A stretch of DNA of 60,268 bases. It comes from an uncultured Clostridium sp. Its GTDB lineage: Bacteria > Bacillota > Clostridia > TANB77 > CAG-508. The translations under genes and the position numbers were made by a program. Each line of letters opens with the position of its first letter. Position 1 is the first letter of the stretch. The notes under the pieces are model-generated. The model did not search any database. It was not told the DNA's origin and saw only the letters and a program-made list of their open reading frames with translations. The stretch spans positions 1 through 60,268 of the forward strand of contig CASVZF010000004.1 of NCBI GenBank assembly GCA_949467015.1, written 5' to 3'. Below, in pieces: positions 21,351 through 30,574 of this stretch.

Positions 21351-21888
21351 GTGATATGTATGTTGTTTTTAAAAGAATTATATAAGGATGCTAAAAATAT
21401 TATGAAAAAGGACCCAGCTTGTAGGAATATTTTAGAAGTTATTATTTTATATCCTGGATTTCATATATTAGTTTTTCATAGAATAGCTCATTTTTTATAT
21501 AGACATAAGTTATTATTTCTAGCAAGATTCGTATCTCAAATAGGAAGATTTTTGACAGGAATTGAAATACATCCTGGAGCAAAAATAGGAAAAAGATTAT
21601 TTATCGATCATGGAATGGGAATTGTAATTGGAGAAACAGCAACCATAGGTGATGATTGCACGATTTATCACAATTCAACTTTAGGAGGGACAGGAAAAGA
21701 TAAGTATAAAAGACATCCTGATATAGGAAACAATGTAATGGTGGGAGCAGGCGCAAAGGTACTTCGGCCCCATAAAAGTTGGAAATCATGTTAAAATTGG
21801 TGCGAATGCAACTGTTTTAAAAGATATACCAGATAATGTTACAGTAGTAAGATGCAATAGAATTATAAATCATAATAAAATCACTTAA
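21351..21888 (+). CDS. cysE: serine O-acetyltransferase; frame broken at CGG 21765
   Basis: [28 protein letters not shown] hexapeptide core. Frame 0 ends [11 protein letters not shown]-stop. The +1 frame from 21766 gives [28 protein letters not shown] and stops at 21886-21888. Confidence 0.85.
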
Positions 21889-21928
21889 TCCCATCTATCG
21901 CAAAATAATTTATGTTATTGTCAGATAG

Positions 21929-21956
21929 AAAAAACACCGAATTCGGTGTTTTATTT
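21929..21956. terminator. bidirectional intrinsic terminator (cysE / convergent PRTase-like gene)
   Basis: Palindrome AACACCGAATTCGGTGTT flanked by A-run and T-run. Confidence 0.7.
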
Positions 21957-21983
21957 ATATATAATTTAAATTTAATGTAAGTG

Positions 21984-22841
21984 TTATACCAAATTATATA
22001 AATTTCCATCAATTAATAGTTTTGCTCTTTTTTTCGTTTTTTCGTCTGCATGTAGAGAATTTTTTAAAAACTCAGGATGATTGATTAAAAATTGTTTCAT
22101 CGATTTATCTGGATCTTTAAAAAAGTTAGTAAGTAAAGATAATTGGTTTTCATTAATAATTCCCATATTAAAGGCAATTTTGAATAAATCAGTATCTACA
22201 TTAACTAGAGACAAAGATTTTATTCCTTCCGCTTCTATTTTATCTTTTCCGCCTTGCATTCTATCAACTACTACACAAGACCAACAGATAGTAGCTCCTA
22301 AGTTTTTGATTGCTGGTATCCAAGCGCGTAAATAGCTAGAAGCAACTGTAATTAAATCAGCAATATGTAAAACTTTTTTATTTTCTAACTTATCAACAGA
22401 TTTTGTTTCTTCAAAATTAGAATCACTTATTACAGTGGATAAATCTTTATAAATTGTAATATGTGGTTTTTTTAATAAATGAGCAAGAATATTAGAGAAG
22501 AACCAATCTCTTCTTTCACCACCAGAAACATAATCTATTTCTGAAACATTAATATTTTCTTCAATATAATTTTTCATATGATCAATAACATCTTTGTATA
22601 TTTTGTTTTCATCATATTGCCTTAAAACCTTTTCAAAAACTTTCTTTGGTAAAGTCATTTTATTGGACAATGATTCATCGATAAAACTTAAAAGTTCTAC
22701 AGCATCTTTCTCACTTCCATAAATGAAGTGAGTATTGATAAAATAAGGTCCAATTTTTCCTGAAGTATACCAAAATGGCTTGTTTTCTTCACAAAATTTA
22801 ATGGCATTTGTTTCAAATAAATAGGATACAATATTAGACAT
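21984..22841 (-). CDS. phosphoribosyltransferase-like protein, possibly an atypical orotate PRTase
   Basis: N-terminus LFETNAIKF...FWYTSGKIGPYFINT resembles the OPRT N-terminus. It is divergent from the pyr operon. The PRPP-loop is degenerate, so function is uncertain. Confidence 0.4.
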   Translation of the reverse strand: MSNIVSYLFETNAIKFCEENKPFWYTSGKIGPYFINTHFIYGSEKDAVELLSFIDESLSNKMTLPKKVFEKVLRQYDENKIYKDVIDHMKNYIEENINVSEIDYVSGGERRDWFFSNILAHLLKKPHITIYKDLSTVISDSNFEETKSVDKLENKKVLHIADLITVASSYLRAWIPAIKNLGATICWSCVVVDRMQGGKDKIEAEGIKSLSLVNVDTDLFKIAFNMGIINENQLSLLTNFFKDPDKSMKQFLINHPEFLKNSLHADEKTKKRAKLLIDGNLYNLV

Positions 22842-22906
22842 ATTTAATTCCTCCTTAAATTAAATTTCTAAAATTATTTTAATTAAAAAAGTAACATTTG
22901 TCAATG

Positions 22907-23007
22907 AAATTTTAGGGACGGAGCAAAAGTTTCATTTTAAAACTTAAATTTCTTTTCTAAAATTGTAATAAAAAGAAAATGAAACTTTTGCTCCGTCCCT
23001 AAAATTT
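22907..23007. repeat. 32 bp perfect-stem palindromic element (copy B) between divergent promoters
   Basis: AAATTTTAGGGACGGAGCAAAAGTTTCATTTT, 37 nt loop, exact reverse complement. It shares 25 of 26 nt of its arm with the 11851-11913 element. Confidence 0.8.
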
Positions 23008-23071
23008 TAAAAAACTATTGAAAAAGAATTTGTAGAATGATAAGATAGAAAAAAACGAGGAGGTAGCTTTT

Positions 23072-24343
23072 ATGAAACTACTATTAAAAAACGGAAGATT
23101 GATTGACTATAAAACAAAAACAGACATCGTAACAGACATTTTAATTGAAGATAAAAAAATAGAAAAAATAGCGAAAGACATTAATTGTGAAGTAGATGAA
23201 ACAATTGATTGTACAAATTTAAACATCATACCTGGAATGATTGATATGCATTGTCACCTAAGAGAACCTGGCTTTGAACATAAAGAAACAATCGAAACAG
23301 GTGCAAGAAGCGCCGTTTGTGGTGGTTTTACAACGATTTGCCCGATGCCAAATACAAAGCCAACACCAGATAGCGCTATTATTTTGGAAAAAATTCAAGA
23401 AGAAGCAAAAAGGGTAAACTTATGTAATATCCTTCCTTATTCATCTGTAACAAAAGGAGAAAAAGGAGAAGAATTAGTCAATTTTGAAGAAATGAAAAAA
23501 GCAGGTGCTATTGGATTCTCAGATGATGGTATGCCAGTAATAAATAGTAGAATCATGAGACAAGCTATGATAGAGGCAGATAAAGCAGGAAGTTTTGTAG
23601 CTTCTCATTGTGAAGAAAAATCGGTATCAAAAGGAGCGATTAATCATGGTAAAATTGCTAATTATTTAGGTGTAGAAGGAGTTTTGCCAGAAGCAGAAGA
23701 AATTATGGCAGCTAGAGAAATTGTTATTTCTGAAACAAATCATGTAAGAGGACATATTTGCCATATTAGTACGAAAACCAGTAAGGATATGATAAGGGAT
23801 GCGAAAAAAAGAGGAGTAAAAATTACATGTGAAACTTGTCCGCATTATTTTACCTTTACAGTAGATGAAGTTTTAAAATCTGGAGCGAACGCAAAAATGA
23901 ATCCTCCTTTAAGAGAAGAAAAAGATAGGAAAGCTATTATAGAAGGATTAAAAGAAGGAACAATAGATGCTATTATAACAGACCATGCACCTCATGCAGA
24001 AGAAGAAAAAAATCAAGAATTAGCAAAAGCACCAAATGGAATTATTGGATTTGAAACAGCTTTATCAGCTGAAATAATGAACTTAATTGACACAGGAGAG
24101 TTAAGCTATTTAGATTTAGTAAAAGTTACTTCTTATAATCCAGCAAAGCTATTAAAGATAGACAGAGGAACAATTGAAGAGGGAAAAGTTGCCGATATAA
24201 CAATTTTTGATCCAAACCAAAAATACTTATATACAAAAGATAGGATTGTATCTAAATCCAAAAATAGTCCATTTATTGGAAAAGAATTAAAAGGAAAGGT
24301 AAAATATACAATTGTAGATGGAAGAATTGTATATAAGGGTTAA
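23072..24343 (+). CDS. pyrC: dihydroorotase
   Basis: DMHCHLREPG metal-binding motif, DHAPH motif, 423 aa, pyr operon context. Confidence 0.9.
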   Translation: MKLLLKNGRLIDYKTKTDIVTDILIEDKKIEKIAKDINCEVDETIDCTNLNIIPGMIDMHCHLREPGFEHKETIETGARSAVCGGFTTICPMPNTKPTPDSAIILEKIQEEAKRVNLCNILPYSSVTKGEKGEELVNFEEMKKAGAIGFSDDGMPVINSRIMRQAMIEADKAGSFVASHCEEKSVSKGAINHGKIANYLGVEGVLPEAEEIMAAREIVISETNHVRGHICHISTKTSKDMIRDAKKRGVKITCETCPHYFTFTVDEVLKSGANAKMNPPLREEKDRKAIIEGLKEGTIDAIITDHAPHAEEEKNQELAKAPNGIIGFETALSAEIMNLIDTGELSYLDLVKVTSYNPAKLLKIDRGTIEEGKVADITIFDPNQKYLYTKDRIVSKSKNSPFIGKELKGKVKYTIVDGRIVYKG

Positions 24344-24370
24344 GATAAAGGAAAAAGGAGGAAATTCAAA

Positions 24371-25297
24371 ATGAACAATGCAATAGATAGACTAATAGAT
24401 AAAATTAAAGAAACCAATAATCCGACAGTGATAGGATTAGATCCGAGATATGAAATATTACCAAAATGTATAGTTAATAAATATCCTAAAACTTTGGAAG
24501 GAGCATCTAAGGCAATTATAGAATACAACAAAGCTCTAATCGATGCTACCTGTGATATTATACCAGCAATAAAGCCACAAATTGCTTTTTATGAAATGTT
24601 TGGAATAGCTGGAATGGAAGCTTTTAAGGAAACCTGTAAGTATGCAAAAGAAAAAGGAATGATTGTTATAGCTGATATAAAAAGGGGAGATATTGGTTCA
24701 ACAGCTCAAGGCTATTCAAATGCCTATTTAGGAAAAACAAAAGTTGGTGATAAAGAAGAAGCTATATTTGATGTAGAGTTCGTTACAGTAAATCCCTATA
24801 TGGGAACGGACTGCGTAAAACCATTTATAGAAGATTGTAAAAAATACAACAAAGGAATTTTTATTTTAGTAAAGACTTCAAATCCATCTTCTGGTGAATT
24901 GCAAGATGCTAAATTAGAAAGTGGGGAAGAAGTTTATAAAAGAGTAGCAGAATTAGTAGAACATTGGGGAGAAGAATTAAGAGGAGAATATGGATATAGT
25001 AGCATTGCAGCGGTTGTAGGAGCAACTTACCCAAAACAACTAGAAGAATTAAGAAAAATAGCTTCTCATACCTATTTTTTAATACCTGGATATGGAGCGC
25101 AAGGTGGAAAAGCGAAAGATATTGCTCTTGGTTTTGATAAAAATGGGTTAGGCGGAATTATAAATGCTTCTAGAAGTTTAATGTGTGCCTATCAGTCAGA
25201 TTTTTGGAAAGATAAATATACTGAGGAAGAATATGCAAAAGCAACTAGAGCAGAAGCTTTAAGGATGAAAGATGAATTTAATCAATTTATAAGATAA
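24371..25297 (+). CDS. pyrF: orotidine 5'-phosphate decarboxylase (long type 2)
   Basis: GLDPR..., IADIKRGDIGST, LIPGYGAQGG motifs. Confidence 0.85.
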   Translation: MNNAIDRLIDKIKETNNPTVIGLDPRYEILPKCIVNKYPKTLEGASKAIIEYNKALIDATCDIIPAIKPQIAFYEMFGIAGMEAFKETCKYAKEKGMIVIADIKRGDIGSTAQGYSNAYLGKTKVGDKEEAIFDVEFVTVNPYMGTDCVKPFIEDCKKYNKGIFILVKTSNPSSGELQDAKLESGEEVYKRVAELVEHWGEELRGEYGYSSIAAVVGATYPKQLEELRKIASHTYFLIPGYGAQGGKAKDIALGFDKNGLGGIINASRSLMCAYQSDFWKDKYTEEEYAKATRAEALRMKDEFNQFIR

Positions 25298-25410
25298 AAA
25301 GAAGAAGGAAAATAGAAACATAAAAAGTCATGCAATTAGATTAGCAGCAACATATATCTACATCAGATGATAAATTAAAAACCAAAAACTAATCGAGGGA
25401 GGAAGAAAAA

Positions 25411-26206
25411 ATGTCAGAACTAATATTAGCAGAGTTAATAAAAAAAGAACAACTAAAAAGCGATATTTTTAAATTCAGTGTAAAAGCGCCAAATATTGTA
25501 AGGAATGCTAAACCAGGAAATTTTATAGAAATAAGAATTTCAGAAGATCAAGTAGATCCTTTTTTAAGAAGACCCATTAGTATCTATAATTTAGATAAGG
25601 AAAATGGTATGCTAGAATTTATTTTTCAAACAAAAGGAAAAGGTACACAAATTCTAGCCAAAAAAGAGATTGGCTCACAAATTGACATGATTGGGCCTTT
25701 AGGATATGGCACATTTAAATATGAAAATTATAATCATATAGCAGTAATAGGTGGAGGAATAGGAGTATTTCCTTTATATGAACTTTCAAAAGAAGCAAAA
25801 AGTAAGAATAAAAATGTTAATATCTACCTAGGATTTAGAAATAAAGATTTTGTTCTTTTAGAAAAAGAATTTGAAAAAGTATCAGATAAATTGATTGTTA
25901 CAACAGATGATGGATCATATAGTAAAAAAGGATTTGCAATTAACTTTTTAGAAGAAGACATAGAAAAAGAAAATATAGATTGTATTTATGCATGTGGACC
26001 GCTACCTATGCTGAAGGCTGTAAGAAAATTAGCAATTGAAAAAGACATTCCATGTCAGATTTCTCTAGAAGAAAGAATGGGGTGCGGACTAGGTGTTTGC
26101 TTAGGATGTGCTGTAAAAACCGTGCAAAGCACAAAAGAAAATCCAGAGTATTGGCATGTTTGCAAAGGGCGGACCTGTTTTTCAAGCGAAAGATGTAGAA
26201 ATTTAA
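25411..26206 (+). CDS. pyrK: dihydroorotate dehydrogenase electron-transfer subunit; frame broken at CGG 26170
   Basis: RRPISI FAD motif, GGGIGVFP, C-terminal 2Fe-2S Cys cluster CGLGVCLGC. Frame 0 ends KGRTCFSSERCRNLN-stop. The +1 frame from 26171 gives GPVFQAKDVEI-stop (26204-26206). Confidence 0.85.
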
Positions 26207-26339
26207 ATTAAAATCAGTATTTCGTATTGTTAAACCTCATAAAATTTTTTTGATTAATTTATTATTTCAAGAATTTTTATTTGTTTGCATAGCAAATCTA
26301 CTACTTTTGATTAAAATTATAGAAAATGAGGAGGAGAAA

Positions 26340-27248
26340 ATGAATACAAAAATAAATTTTGCAGGAATTGAAATGAAAAATCCAGTAACAGTAGCTTCTG
26401 GAACATTTGGTTATGGAAGAGAATTTAATCAGTTTTTTGATTTAAGTGAACTAGGAGGTATTATAACAAAAGGAACTTCTTTAAAACCAAGAAGTGGAAA
26501 CAAACCTCCTAGAATATGTGAGACAGCAAGTGGTATGTTAAATAGTATTGGATTACAAAATCCTGGTGTAGAATATTTTGCACAAAATGATTTACCATTT
26601 CTTAGAAAATTTGATACAGCCATTATTGTAAATGCGTGTGGAAGTAGTATAGAAGAATATGTAGAACTTTGTAAGATATTAAATACATTAGATATTGATG
26701 GCGTTGAATTAAATTTATCCTGTCCGAATGTAAAGGCAGGATGCATGGCATTTGGAAATAGTTATGAAGGAGTAAAGCAAGTAACTTCTGAAGTAAGAAA
26801 AGTGCTAGATAAACCACTAATTGTAAAATTAACACCAAATGTTACAGATATTGCTTCTATTGCCAGAGCTGTAGAAGATGCAGGAGCGGATGGAGTTTCT
26901 TTAATTAATACCTTATTAGGAATGAAAATCGATATTGACAAAAGAAAACCGATTCTTGCCAATAATACGGGCGGACTTTCTGGTCCAGCTATTAAACCAG
27001 TAGCTGTTCGTATGGTCTATCAAGTAGCTCAGGCAGTGTCTATACCTATTCTTGGAATGGGTGGAATTATAAATGGAGAAGATGCCATTGAATTTATGCT
27101 AGCAGGTGCAACAGCTATCTCAATTGGAGCAGGAAACTTTATAGATCCCTATACTAGTGTAAAAACAATAAAAGGTATTGAAGATTATATGAGAAGACAT
27201 AAGATTGAAAATTTAAAAGATCTTACTGGTAAAGTAATAATGAACTAA
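26340..27248 (+). CDS. pyrD: dihydroorotate dehydrogenase 1B catalytic subunit
   Basis: MKNPVTVASGTFGYG, LNLSCPNV, GGLSGPAIKP and GMGGI motifs; GAGGAGGAG RBS before ATG 26340. Confidence 0.9.
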   Translation: MNTKINFAGIEMKNPVTVASGTFGYGREFNQFFDLSELGGIITKGTSLKPRSGNKPPRICETASGMLNSIGLQNPGVEYFAQNDLPFLRKFDTAIIVNACGSSIEEYVELCKILNTLDIDGVELNLSCPNVKAGCMAFGNSYEGVKQVTSEVRKVLDKPLIVKLTPNVTDIASIARAVEDAGADGVSLINTLLGMKIDIDKRKPILANNTGGLSGPAIKPVAVRMVYQVAQAVSIPILGMGGIINGEDAIEFMLAGATAISIGAGNFIDPYTSVKTIKGIEDYMRRHKIENLKDLTGKVIMN

Positions 27249-27286
27249 AAAAATAACTCCTTATAAACAAGGAGTTATTTTTTTAT
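27246..27286. terminator. bidirectional intrinsic terminator after pyrD
   Basis: AATAACTCC / GGAGTTATT stem flanked by A7 and T7 runs. Confidence 0.7.
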
Positions 27287-27287
27287 A

Positions 27288-27857
27288 TTATTCTTCAGAT
27301 TTTGTTTCTGTTTTCGTTTCAGTTGTCTCTACTATTTCTACTGGATTTGATTCTGGTTTTGGTGTAGATGTTGATTTTGTATCTTCATAACCATAATATT
27401 CTGAACTTCCTAATCCTAAAATTAAATTAAATATAAATGGAAACATGATTAATCCAACTGTGAAACCTGTTGATTTCTTGAATCCTTTTGCCAAATTAAT
27501 TGGTTGGTAAAGTCTTAATACAGTAAATACAACAGCAACTATAACATTGATTACAGGTATAAGATAGCCTATATATAATAAAGCAAGCCATGGTGACATA
27601 CCAGAAATTTTGTATAAGATTGCTGTATTATAAAATGGAATAAGAGCTTTCCATCCTTTTTCTCCAGCCTTGGTAAATAATTTCCAATTTGCTACGATTT
27701 GAAGAACAACAATTACTAGAGCAATGAAAACAATAAATCCTAAAAATCCTCCAATTAAAGCAAAAACAGCTGATGAAAGATCAGAAGAACTTGCTAGACT
27801 AGAATAATTTGATCCTCCAGAATAAGATGACAAACTACCATAATTTGAATACCCCAT
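27288..27857 (-). CDS. DUF5684-like small membrane protein
   Basis: WKLFTKAGEKGWKALIPFYNTAILYKISG motif, 4 TM segments, AGGAGG RBS before the ATG at 27857. Confidence 0.6.
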   Translation of the reverse strand: MGYSNYGSLSSYSGGSNYSSLASSSDLSSAVFALIGGFLGFIVFIALVIVVLQIVANWKLFTKAGEKGWKALIPFYNTAILYKISGMSPWLALLYIGYLIPVINVIVAVVFTVLRLYQPINLAKGFKKSTGFTVGLIMFPFIFNLILGLGSSEYYGYEDTKSTSTPKPESNPVEIVETTETKTETKSEE

Positions 27858-27878
27858 AATATCCCTCCTTTTATTTCT

Positions 27879-27920
27879 TATAATTATTGACATTTTTTAT
27901 AAAAAATGTCAATAATTATA
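27879..27920. repeat. 42 bp perfect palindrome in the divergent intergenic region
   Basis: TATAATTATTGACATTTTTTA | TAAAAAATGTCAATAATTATA, carrying a TTGACA hexamer on each strand. Confidence 0.85.
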
Positions 27921-27959
27921 CATGAATTAACATAGAAATACAAAATTTTTAAAAAATAA

Positions 27960-27988
27960 TTGTACAAAAGAAATTGTTTTGATATAAT
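27960..27988 (+). promoter_or_regulatory. promoter candidate of the hydrogenase operon
   Basis: TTGTAC (27960-27965), 17 nt spacer, TATAAT (27983-27988). Confidence 0.45.
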
Positions 27989-28031
27989 TTAAAAAACAAC
28001 TTAATATATATTATTTAAAGGAGGAAATTTT

Positions 28032-28529
28032 ATGAATAAAAATGCAAATAACAGTAAATGCAATTGTAATAAAAAAGACGAATTTCTAAGTAAATTGTTT
28101 TCAATTTATAAACCGGAAAAAGACAATTTAATTCAAATGTTAAATGAAATACAAGAACACTATGGATATGTGCCAATGGAAACCCAAAAAGAGTTATCAG
28201 AATTTTTATCCATACCAATGGCAGAAATTTATGGTGTTGTTACTTTTTATTCTAGATTTTCACTAAAACCAAAAGGAAAATATAATGTTTCAGTATGTTT
28301 AGGAACGGCTTGCTTTGTAAAAGGTTCACAAAAAATAATGGATCGATTACAAGAAAGATTAAAAATTGGGCCAGGAGAAACAACAGAAGATGGCTTATTT
28401 TCTATTGAAGAAACAAGATGTGTTGGCGCTTGTGGATTAGCACCAGTATTTACCGTAAACGGAGAAGTTTATGGAAAAGCAACTATCCAAAAGTTAGACC
28501 AAGTATTAGATGAATTAATGAAACAATAG
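28032..28529 (+). CDS. hydC: NuoE-like [2Fe-2S] subunit of a bifurcating [FeFe]-hydrogenase (HydC/HndA type)
   Basis: VCLGTACFVKGS ... RCVGACGLAP Cys pattern of the NuoE/HoxE thioredoxin-like ferredoxin. Confidence 0.8.
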   Translation: MNKNANNSKCNCNKKDEFLSKLFSIYKPEKDNLIQMLNEIQEHYGYVPMETQKELSEFLSIPMAEIYGVVTFYSRFSLKPKGKYNVSVCLGTACFVKGSQKIMDRLQERLKIGPGETTEDGLFSIEETRCVGACGLAPVFTVNGEVYGKATIQKLDQVLDELMKQ

Positions 28530-28651
28530 GGACAGTTCAAAAGTGTATCATTAATTTAGTCGAAAAATGACGAAAATAAGATTATTAAAACTAATATCAA
28601 CAGCACTTACAAAAAACGACAAAAAAATTGAAACAAATGAGGCCTGTCCCC
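28528..28651. repeat. possible degenerate third copy of the GGGAC-type palindromic element, inserted between hydC and hydB
   Basis: The left end TAGGGACAGTTCAAAAGTGTATCA resembles TAGGGACGGAGCAAAAGTTTCA. The right end is CTGTCCCC. Only the terminal 7-8 nt are inverted repeats. Confidence 0.3.
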
Positions 28652-28676
28652 AGTGTCTCAAAAAGGAGGAATTTGT

Positions 28677-30536
28677 TTGAAAACAATAGAAGAACTTCAC
28701 CAAATAAAGAAAGAAAAAAGAAAGGAATTAGACTTAAGAATTAATACCAAAGCAGATACTAGAGAAAAGCATATCTTAGTTTGCCAAGGTACGGGATGTA
28801 CTTCTTCCAAATCACCAGAGATTCTAGAAAATTTTAGAAGAATTTTAAAAGAAAAAAATATAGATCATGTAAGAGTTATCAAAACAGGATGTTTTGGACT
28901 TTGTGCGAAAGGTCCGATTGTTATCATCAGACCAGAGGATACTTTTTATGCTATGGTAAAGCCAGAGGACTGTGAAGAGATTATTCAAACACATATTATT
29001 GATGGAAATAAAGTAGAAAGATTACTAGCAAAAGATATTGATGGAACAAAAGTTAACAGATTAGATGATTTGAATTTCTATAAAAAGCAAAAAAGAATTG
29101 CGCTAAAAAACTGTGGGGTAATTAATCCAGAAGATATTGATGAATATTTAGCTTTTGATGGATATCAAGCTTTAGAAAAAGTATTAACTCAAATGTTGCC
29201 TGAAGAAGTAATTGAAGTGATTAAGCAATCTGGTCTTCGTGGTAGAGGAGGTGCAGGCTTTCCAACAGGCAAGAAGTGGGAATTAACAAGGGTTTCTGAA
29301 GGAAAACAAAAATATGTAGTGTGTAATGCAGATGAAGGTGACCCAGGAGCCTTTATGGATAGAAGTATCTTAGAAGGTGATCCTCACTCTGTATTAGAGG
29401 CCATGTCCATTGCAGCTTATTGTATTGGAGCAAATAAAGGATTTATCTATGTAAGAGCGGAATATCCAATTGCTGTTAAACGTCTGCAAATTGCGATTAA
29501 TCAAGCAAGAGACTATGGATTGTTAGGAAATCATATATTTCATACAGATTTTAATTTTGATATAGAAATTCGATTAGGAGCAGGAGCTTTTGTCTGTGGA
29601 GAAGAAACAGCACTATTAGAGTCTATTGAGGGAAAACGTGGTCAACCAAGAGTAAAACCACCTTATCCAGCACAAGCCGGTTTATGGGGAAAACCAACTT
29701 TAATTAATAATGTAGAAACTTATGCCAATATTGCTCAAATTATTTTAAAAGGAAGTGAATGGTATTCTTCTATCGGAACGGAAAATTCAAAAGGAACGAA
29801 AGTATTTGCCTTAGGTGGAAATGTAAATAATATCGGATTGGTTGAAGTACCAATGGGAACTACTTTACGAGAAATTGTATATGACATTGGTGGGGGAATC
29901 CCAAACGGTAGAGATTTCAAAGCAGCACAAACCGGAGGACCATCTGGTGGCTGCATTCCAAAGGAACATTTAGATACGCCAATTGATTATGAATCTTTAA
30001 AACAAATTGGTTCAATGATGGGCTCTGGTGGACTTATTGTAATGGATGATACAAAGTGTATGGTAAGTTTAGCAAAATTCTATCTAGAATTCACAGTAAG
30101 TGAAAGCTGTGGGAAGTGTACACCTTGCAGAATTGGAACCAAAAGAATGCTAGAAATATTAGAAAAATTATGTAATGGAGAAGGCTCTGAACTAGATATC
30201 TATAAATTAGAGAAATTAGCGGTAAACATTCAAAAAGCAAGTATATGTGGATTAGGACAAAGTGCACCAAATCCAGTTATTAGTACTTTAAAATATTTTA
30301 GAGAAGAATTTAGACAACATGCGATTGCAAAAGAGTGTAAAGCATTAGAATGTAAAGCAATGTCAAAAATCACAATTAATGAAGAAAAATGTAAGGGTTG
30401 TGGTTTGTGCCAAAAGCATTGCCCAGTAAATGCCATAGAAGGAGAAGGAAGAAATCCAAGGGTTATCAATCAAGATAAATGTATTAAGTGTGGTACTTGT
30501 TTAACCAGTTGTCCATTTAAAGCAATTGGAAACTGA
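28677..30536 (+). CDS. hydB: NuoF-like NADH-binding FMN/Fe-S subunit (HydB/HndC type)
   Basis: N-terminal HndB-like 2Fe-2S domain (CQGTGC...CFGLCAKGP), GLRGRGGAGFPTG FMN/NAD site, SCGKCTPCR N3 cluster, two C-terminal CxxCxxCxxxCP ferredoxin motifs. The likely start is TTG 28677, 7 nt after AGGAGG. Confidence 0.85.
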   Translation: MKTIEELHQIKKEKRKELDLRINTKADTREKHILVCQGTGCTSSKSPEILENFRRILKEKNIDHVRVIKTGCFGLCAKGPIVIIRPEDTFYAMVKPEDCEEIIQTHIIDGNKVERLLAKDIDGTKVNRLDDLNFYKKQKRIALKNCGVINPEDIDEYLAFDGYQALEKVLTQMLPEEVIEVIKQSGLRGRGGAGFPTGKKWELTRVSEGKQKYVVCNADEGDPGAFMDRSILEGDPHSVLEAMSIAAYCIGANKGFIYVRAEYPIAVKRLQIAINQARDYGLLGNHIFHTDFNFDIEIRLGAGAFVCGEETALLESIEGKRGQPRVKPPYPAQAGLWGKPTLINNVETYANIAQIILKGSEWYSSIGTENSKGTKVFALGGNVNNIGLVEVPMGTTLREIVYDIGGGIPNGRDFKAAQTGGPSGGCIPKEHLDTPIDYESLKQIGSMMGSGGLIVMDDTKCMVSLAKFYLEFTVSESCGKCTPCRIGTKRMLEILEKLCNGEGSELDIYKLEKLAVNIQKASICGLGQSAPNPVISTLKYFREEFRQHAIAKECKALECKAMSKITINEEKCKGCGLCQKHCPVNAIEGEGRNPRVINQDKCIKCGTCLTSCPFKAIGN

Positions 30537-30574
30537 TGTAGTAATAACAAACAAAACAATAAGAGGAGAAGACA

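Noticed and set aside
21307-23071. T-box leader before cysE and PyrR-binding attenuator before pyrC
   Set aside because: The cysE upstream gap is only about 45 nt. The pyrC upstream hairpin lacks the PyrR loop motif (ARUCCAGAGAGG-like) and lies upstream of the best promoter candidate.
28567-28680. 37-codon ORF (MTKIRLLKLISTALTKNDKKIETNEACPQCLKKEEFV) in the hydC-hydB spacer, overlapping the hydB TTG start
   Set aside because: There is no Shine-Dalgarno sequence upstream of its ATG, and it lies inside the repeat-like element. It is probably fortuitous.
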